Shown here one piece after another: positions 59,747 through 64,000 of a stretch of DNA of 64,000 bases. The position numbers and the translations under genes were made by a program. Within the stretch, counting starts at the first letter, position 1. Each line of letters opens with the position of its first letter. The DNA comes from an uncultured delta proteobacterium (GTDB lineage Bacteria > Myxococcota > Myxococcia > Myxococcales > Myxococcaceae). The notes under the pieces were generated by a model, which was not told the origin of the DNA, made no database searches, and was given only the letters and a program-made list of their open reading frames with translations. The stretch is from NCBI GenBank assembly GCA_963713045.1, contig CAVQKE010000004.1:480001-544000 (forward strand). Direction: 5' to 3'.

Positions 59747-60936
59747 TGCCCCTAGCCCGCACTGCGTCGATTGCCCCAACACGCCTCGCTGGCGCGACCG
59801 ACTCCGCTGTTGTCATCGAAACAGTTCGCCGGCAGGCCGACCTGGATGCCTTCATCCGCTACCAACTCGAGCTCTACGCAGGTAACCCATATTTCGTCCC
59901 GCCCATCGTCGCCGAGCGACGTGACTTCCTGAACAGAGAGAAAAACCCATTTTTCTCCCATGCCGAGGTGGAGCTCTCGGTCGCTCGTCGTCATGGCCAA
60001 GTCGTCGGTCGTATCGCTGCCATCGACGACGCGCTGTGGAATCAATTTCACAATGCGGAGACGGGCTTCTTTGGCCTCTTCGATGCCCCGGACGACCCTG
60101 TCGTAGCCGCCGCCTTGCTCGACCGCGCAGCCGAATTCGCCCGGAGCCGGGGCATGAAGACACTCACCGGTCCCGTCAATCTCTCCACCAACCACGAATG
60201 TGGCCTGCTGGTGGAAGGGTTCGACTTTCCGCCTGCGATGATGATGCCCTACAACTTCCAATACTACAGCACGCTCCTCGAGGGATGGGGCCTCCGGAAG
60301 ATGAAGGACCTGTACGCCTATGATTTGAGTACGGCGTTGGCGCCGCCAGAGAAGGTCGTCCGTGTGGCCGATCGCCTCCGTGAGCAGCAGGGTGTCCGCG
60401 TGCGGCCAATTGACCTCCGACAACTGCCAGAGGAAATTCGCAAGCTTAAGAGCATTTACAACGCGATGATGGATCCGGCGTGGCTCTTTCTGCCCCTCAA
60501 TGAGGAGGAGTTCGACGGCATCGTCGCTCGCCTTCGGCCCCTGGTGCGGGTGCGCCCCGAGCTGTGCCTCATCGCCGAGGTTCGCGGAGAGCCCGTGGCT
60601 TTTTCCATCACCCTTCCCGATGCCAACCGCGCCATTCAAGCAGCAGGGGGTTACCTCACCCATTGGGGCCTGCCGGTCGGGCTGGCGCGAATGGCCTGGG
60701 CTGCCCGAAACATCGAGCGGCTCCGCGTCCTCCTCTTCGGGATCAAACCGGGATTTCGTCGCCGCGGCCTCGACGCCCTCCTGTACCTGGAGACCCTTCG
60801 GACGGCTCGTCGCCTGGGCTACGACGGGGCGGAGCTTGGCTGGGTCACCGAAGACAACGAATTGATGGTTCGTGCCATTGAGTCCATGGGCGCTCGCCGC
60901 TACAAGACCTACCGAATTTACGAGCGACCGTTGTGA
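59746..60936 (+). CDS. GNAT-fold N-acyltransferase, bacterial ceramide synthase-like (copy 2)
   Basis: Paralog of 57546..58730 (NPFF, VGRIA, GPVNLSTN, PPEKVVRVA, WVTEDN, KTYRIY); TGATG overlap with the upstream stop. Confidence 0.78.
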   Translation: MPLARTASIAPTRLAGATDSAVVIETVRRQADLDAFIRYQLELYAGNPYFVPPIVAERRDFLNREKNPFFSHAEVELSVARRHGQVVGRIAAIDDALWNQFHNAETGFFGLFDAPDDPVVAAALLDRAAEFARSRGMKTLTGPVNLSTNHECGLLVEGFDFPPAMMMPYNFQYYSTLLEGWGLRKMKDLYAYDLSTALAPPEKVVRVADRLREQQGVRVRPIDLRQLPEEIRKLKSIYNAMMDPAWLFLPLNEEEFDGIVARLRPLVRVRPELCLIAEVRGEPVAFSITLPDANRAIQAAGGYLTHWGLPVGLARMAWAARNIERLRVLLFGIKPGFRRRGLDALLYLETLRTARRLGYDGAELGWVTEDNELMVRAIESMGARRYKTYRIYERPL

Positions 60937-61019
60937 AAACCCTAGCCTCTTCCATCTGTCACCTGGAATGGCGAGCAGTGTAGTGTCGACGCCGCTTCAC
61001 CTCCCCTGAGGTCCGTGCC

Positions 61020-61943
61020 ATGCCCATGACCGAGCGCGTGAAGGAGATACTGTCCTGGTACCCGTCGGATAATCCCGGCACCAAAGCCAATCTGGCTCGG
61101 ATGCTCATGACCGGAACTCTGGCCGGGACTGGGAAGATGGTGATCCTCCCGGTTGACCAAGGCTTCGAGCACGGGCCCCAGCGCTCCTTCGGCCCCAATC
61201 CTCCGGGCTATAACCCCGAGTACCACATCAGCTTAGCCATCGAATCGGGTTGCAACGCCTACGCAGCCCCGCTGGGTTTTCTCGAGGCCGTGGCCGGCAA
61301 GTTCGCCGGCGAAATTTCCCTCATCCTCAAGCTGAACAACTCTGACTCGCTGTCCAAGTTGGAGCCCGCGTCGGCGTTGACCGCGTCGCCTAAGGACGCG
61401 GTCCGCCTCGGCTGTGCGGCGGTCGGGTTTACCATCTACCCCGGCTCCGCCGCCCGCAATGTCGTCCTCGAGGAGCTCCGCGAGGTAGTCGCTCAAGCCA
61501 AGGAGTTGGGTCTACCAACCGTGGTGTGGGCCTATCCTCGCGGAAGCGGCGTTCCTAAGGAAGCCGAGCAAGCCGTGGACGTGGTGGCGTATGGCGCCCA
61601 AATTGCGGCACAGATGGGGGCGCACGTCATCAAGGTGAAACCTCCGAAAGAGACCATTCTACAGCCCGAGGCCAAGGCAGTCTTCGACAAATACAATCTG
61701 CCCATCAAGACGCTGGCAGATCGCGTTCGCCATGTCGTCGAAGCCTGTTTCAGCGGGCGCCGGATATGCATCTTCTCGGGAGGCGAGGCAAAGGATACGC
61801 CCGCGGTGCTCGATGAAATCCGCGGCATCAAGGAAGGCGGTGGCTTCGGCTCCATCATGGGCCGGAATGCCTTCCAACGCCCCAAGGCCGAGGCCATCAA
61901 GCTTTTGAGAGACGTGATGGCCATCCATGCCGGCAAGTCTTAG
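61020..61943 (+). CDS. fbaB: Class I fructose-bisphosphate aldolase (DhnA/FbaB)
   Basis: ILPVDQGFEHGP, TIYPGS, WAYPRG, HVIKVK, GRNAFQ. Confidence 0.92.
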   Translation: MPMTERVKEILSWYPSDNPGTKANLARMLMTGTLAGTGKMVILPVDQGFEHGPQRSFGPNPPGYNPEYHISLAIESGCNAYAAPLGFLEAVAGKFAGEISLILKLNNSDSLSKLEPASALTASPKDAVRLGCAAVGFTIYPGSAARNVVLEELREVVAQAKELGLPTVVWAYPRGSGVPKEAEQAVDVVAYGAQIAAQMGAHVIKVKPPKETILQPEAKAVFDKYNLPIKTLADRVRHVVEACFSGRRICIFSGGEAKDTPAVLDEIRGIKEGGGFGSIMGRNAFQRPKAEAIKLLRDVMAIHAGKS

Positions 61944-61998
61944 CTGCTACCTTAGCCTGCCGGGCCGCACCCCCAGCCGTTGGACTAGGCCTATTCAG

Positions 61999-63084
61999 TC
62001 AACCCGACGCCGACCTGCTGGACGCCGCAGCGTCCGCAAGCTGATTTCGGAGTGCGGCAAAGGTCGCCTGATTTCCGTCTTGACGATAGCCGCGAAGCGC
62101 CTGAGAGCAGGAGTCAAGGCTTCCTAAGAAGTCGACTAGCACCGCCTCGGAGAGAGTCGCGGCATATCGACCATAGCCGAGCTCCTGCAGATAGAGCGCA
62201 TTGAGCACCTGCTCGAACTGTCCCTTGACAGGGACCGCGAGCATCGGCTTGCGCAGGTAAACGGCTTCGCTCATTAGGGTGAAGCCGCCTCCAGCCACCA
62301 CTGCTCGCGCAGTCCGCAAGTCCTCGATGAAGCTCTTTTCGCTAAAGGGCCGGTAGTTGAGGTTGCCATCGACCAGTTCTTGCGTCAGGTCCCGCCTCAA
62401 ACCGTAAATCCGCGCTGGAAGCCCCAAGCGCTTGAGCACTTCCGGCAACTCACGATTGGTGGTGGCCGTCTGGTACACCAAAAGATGGTCACCGGATTCG
62501 CTTGGCGCGTTGAGGACTTCCGGCCGTAGGATCGGCGGTAGCAGGGTCGTGCGGCGTCGTCGGAGCGGTGGGAAGAAGAACGTCGTGACGAGATATTGAA
62601 AGCAACGCGGAAGCTTTGCCTCGACGAAAGCACGGGTTAAATCGAACCTATGCCGATGGCCTGCGATCAGCCTCGGGTCATGCTTGCAGCGGCTAATAAT
62701 CTGAATGTTGTCCAGCGTGATGACTGGAATTCGGCGCGCTTTGCCGACCAGGTAGCTGAAGCTTTCGAAATCACTGATGACCACTTCGGGACGAAACTGG
62801 GAAAGCACCTCGAAGTAAGCGGTTACGTTCGCCGGCCAGCCGCTGACGGCACCGCGCAGGTTCTGTAGAATGGTACGAAAGCTGCGGACCCGATTGCCGT
62901 CGTAGTTGATGGTCAGGCCCCAAATGCGGTGCACGTTGGCGAACTGGCGAGCGAGATATTCGCGGGCACGACCGGAGACGACGATGTGCACTTCATGTCC
63001 GTTTCGAAGCAGCTCCTCGAGGACGACTCGCGAGCGGGTAGCATGACCCATCCCCTCACCCACCACGCCGTAGAGAATCCGCAC
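61999..63084 (-). CDS. GT-B glycosyltransferase, MJ1255/VC2487 family
   Basis: RILYGVVGEGMGHATRS, VISDFE, GGFTLMSEA, GQFEQVLNA; GTG start at 63084. Confidence 0.85.
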   Translation of the reverse strand: MRILYGVVGEGMGHATRSRVVLEELLRNGHEVHIVVSGRAREYLARQFANVHRIWGLTINYDGNRVRSFRTILQNLRGAVSGWPANVTAYFEVLSQFRPEVVISDFESFSYLVGKARRIPVITLDNIQIISRCKHDPRLIAGHRHRFDLTRAFVEAKLPRCFQYLVTTFFFPPLRRRRTTLLPPILRPEVLNAPSESGDHLLVYQTATTNRELPEVLKRLGLPARIYGLRRDLTQELVDGNLNYRPFSEKSFIEDLRTARAVVAGGGFTLMSEAVYLRKPMLAVPVKGQFEQVLNALYLQELGYGRYAATLSEAVLVDFLGSLDSCSQALRGYRQDGNQATFAALRNQLADAAASSRSASG

Positions 63085-63128
63085 CGAGGCAGGAATATCG
63101 CCTGATCCCATTCACCCTGAGGCACTCG

Positions 63129-63740
63129 ATGATTAGCGTCTATGGCTCGACTCAGTCGGGGAACTGCTGGAAGGTGCGCCAGATTTTGGAGCTCACCGGG
63201 CGCCCGTACCGTTGGGTTGAGACCAATTCGAACGCCGGGGAGACCCGAACCGCCGCGTTCCTCGGTAAGAACCCCAACGGCCAGGTTCCGCTGGTCGAGC
63301 TCGACGACGGGACATACATCACCGAGTCGAACGCCATCTTGGCCCACTTCGCGGAAGGGAGCCCGTGGCTTCCACCTCCAGGCCTACCGCGAACACGTGT
63401 CTTTGAGTGGCTATTCTTCGAGCAGTACAGCCATGAACCCTATGTCGCGGTCGCCCGGAATTGGATTCGCTACTTGCGAGCGAAGGGGCACTACGCCGAC
63501 CGCTTGCCGGAGATTTGGGAGCGCGGCCATCGCGCGCTGGCTGTGATGGAGAAGCGCCTTCACACACATCCTTGGCTCACCGACACCGGGATGACGATCG
63601 CGGACCTCTGCCTCTTCGCCTATACCGATGTGGCCGAGGAAGGAGAGTTTGACCTCGCCCACTACCCCGGACTCAGAGCGTGGCTGGACCGACTTCGGGC
63701 TCATCCGGACATTCGGCCGCTTTCTCGACCAAATGGCTAG
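63129..63740 (+). CDS. Glutathione S-transferase family protein
   Basis: SGNCWKV, NPNGQVP, ESNAI, WLFFEQYSHEP, TIADL. Confidence 0.93.
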   Translation: MISVYGSTQSGNCWKVRQILELTGRPYRWVETNSNAGETRTAAFLGKNPNGQVPLVELDDGTYITESNAILAHFAEGSPWLPPPGLPRTRVFEWLFFEQYSHEPYVAVARNWIRYLRAKGHYADRLPEIWERGHRALAVMEKRLHTHPWLTDTGMTIADLCLFAYTDVAEEGEFDLAHYPGLRAWLDRLRAHPDIRPLSRPNG

Positions 63741-63842
63741 TCGCGCCGGGCGGGTGCTGGCGCAATTGTCGACGCGCAGGCCTTTGCTTTTGGTGCTGAG
63801 GTCGTAGACAATCCCGACAGCTGCCTGCGCTGGAGCCTGCCC

Positions 63843-64000
63843 ATGTGTCGGAGCATTCGTGTGCTCTACAACTTCGATCCACCAACGACGACCGAGGAGA
63901 TATCAGCTGCCGCGCGTCAGTTTGTACGCAAAGTTAGCGGCCTCCCCCGTCCTTCCACCGCCGACGCCGAGGCCTTCGAACGTGCGGTCCTTGAGATTTC
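63843..64000 (+). CDS. DUF2277 family protein, truncated by window edge (absent from ORF track)
   Basis: Manual translation MCRSIRVLYNFDPPTTTEEISAAARQFVRKVSG...EAFERAV. Confidence 0.8.
   Translation, partial: MCRSIRVLYNFDPPTTTEEISAAARQFVRKVSGLPRPSTADAEAFERAVLEI

Overview
GC-rich bacterial chromosome segment, very likely from a myxobacterium (Myxococcota): it has a TIGR02266-type PilZ protein and myxobacterial-style metabolic clusters. About 60 protein-coding genes; no rRNA, tRNA, CRISPR, IS or phage genes recognised. Core blocks: thiolase/scoAB, rlmD, miaB, guaB-guaA, rnc-PPIases-era-der-yfgM-bamB, a leucine-catabolism/B12-mutase cluster (icmA/icmB-like, HMG-CoA lyase, liuC/B/A-like, meaB), and a ceramide-synthesis operon (spt, bCerS-like, CerR-like, second bCerS-like). 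Accessory-looking blocks lie at ~6.5-14.5 kb and ~21.6-36 kb. Best candidate for an undescribed system: a eukaryote-like (ACER3/Ypc1-type) alkaline ceramidase directly downstream of a NAPE-PLD-like hydrolase and near eutBC, in a window that also encodes ceramide synthesis. Other highlights: a long Lpp/OprI-like lipoprotein paired with an L,D-transpeptidase, two His-free Vgb-like propeller lipoproteins carrying a repeated two-Cys domain, an archaeal-type COG1707/EhbQ-like protein, an isobutyryl-CoA-mutase-type enzyme in the liu cluster, and two single-base frameshifts (a G7 tract in a surface lipoprotein; eutC). All family calls come from motif recognition by eye; no database searches were run.
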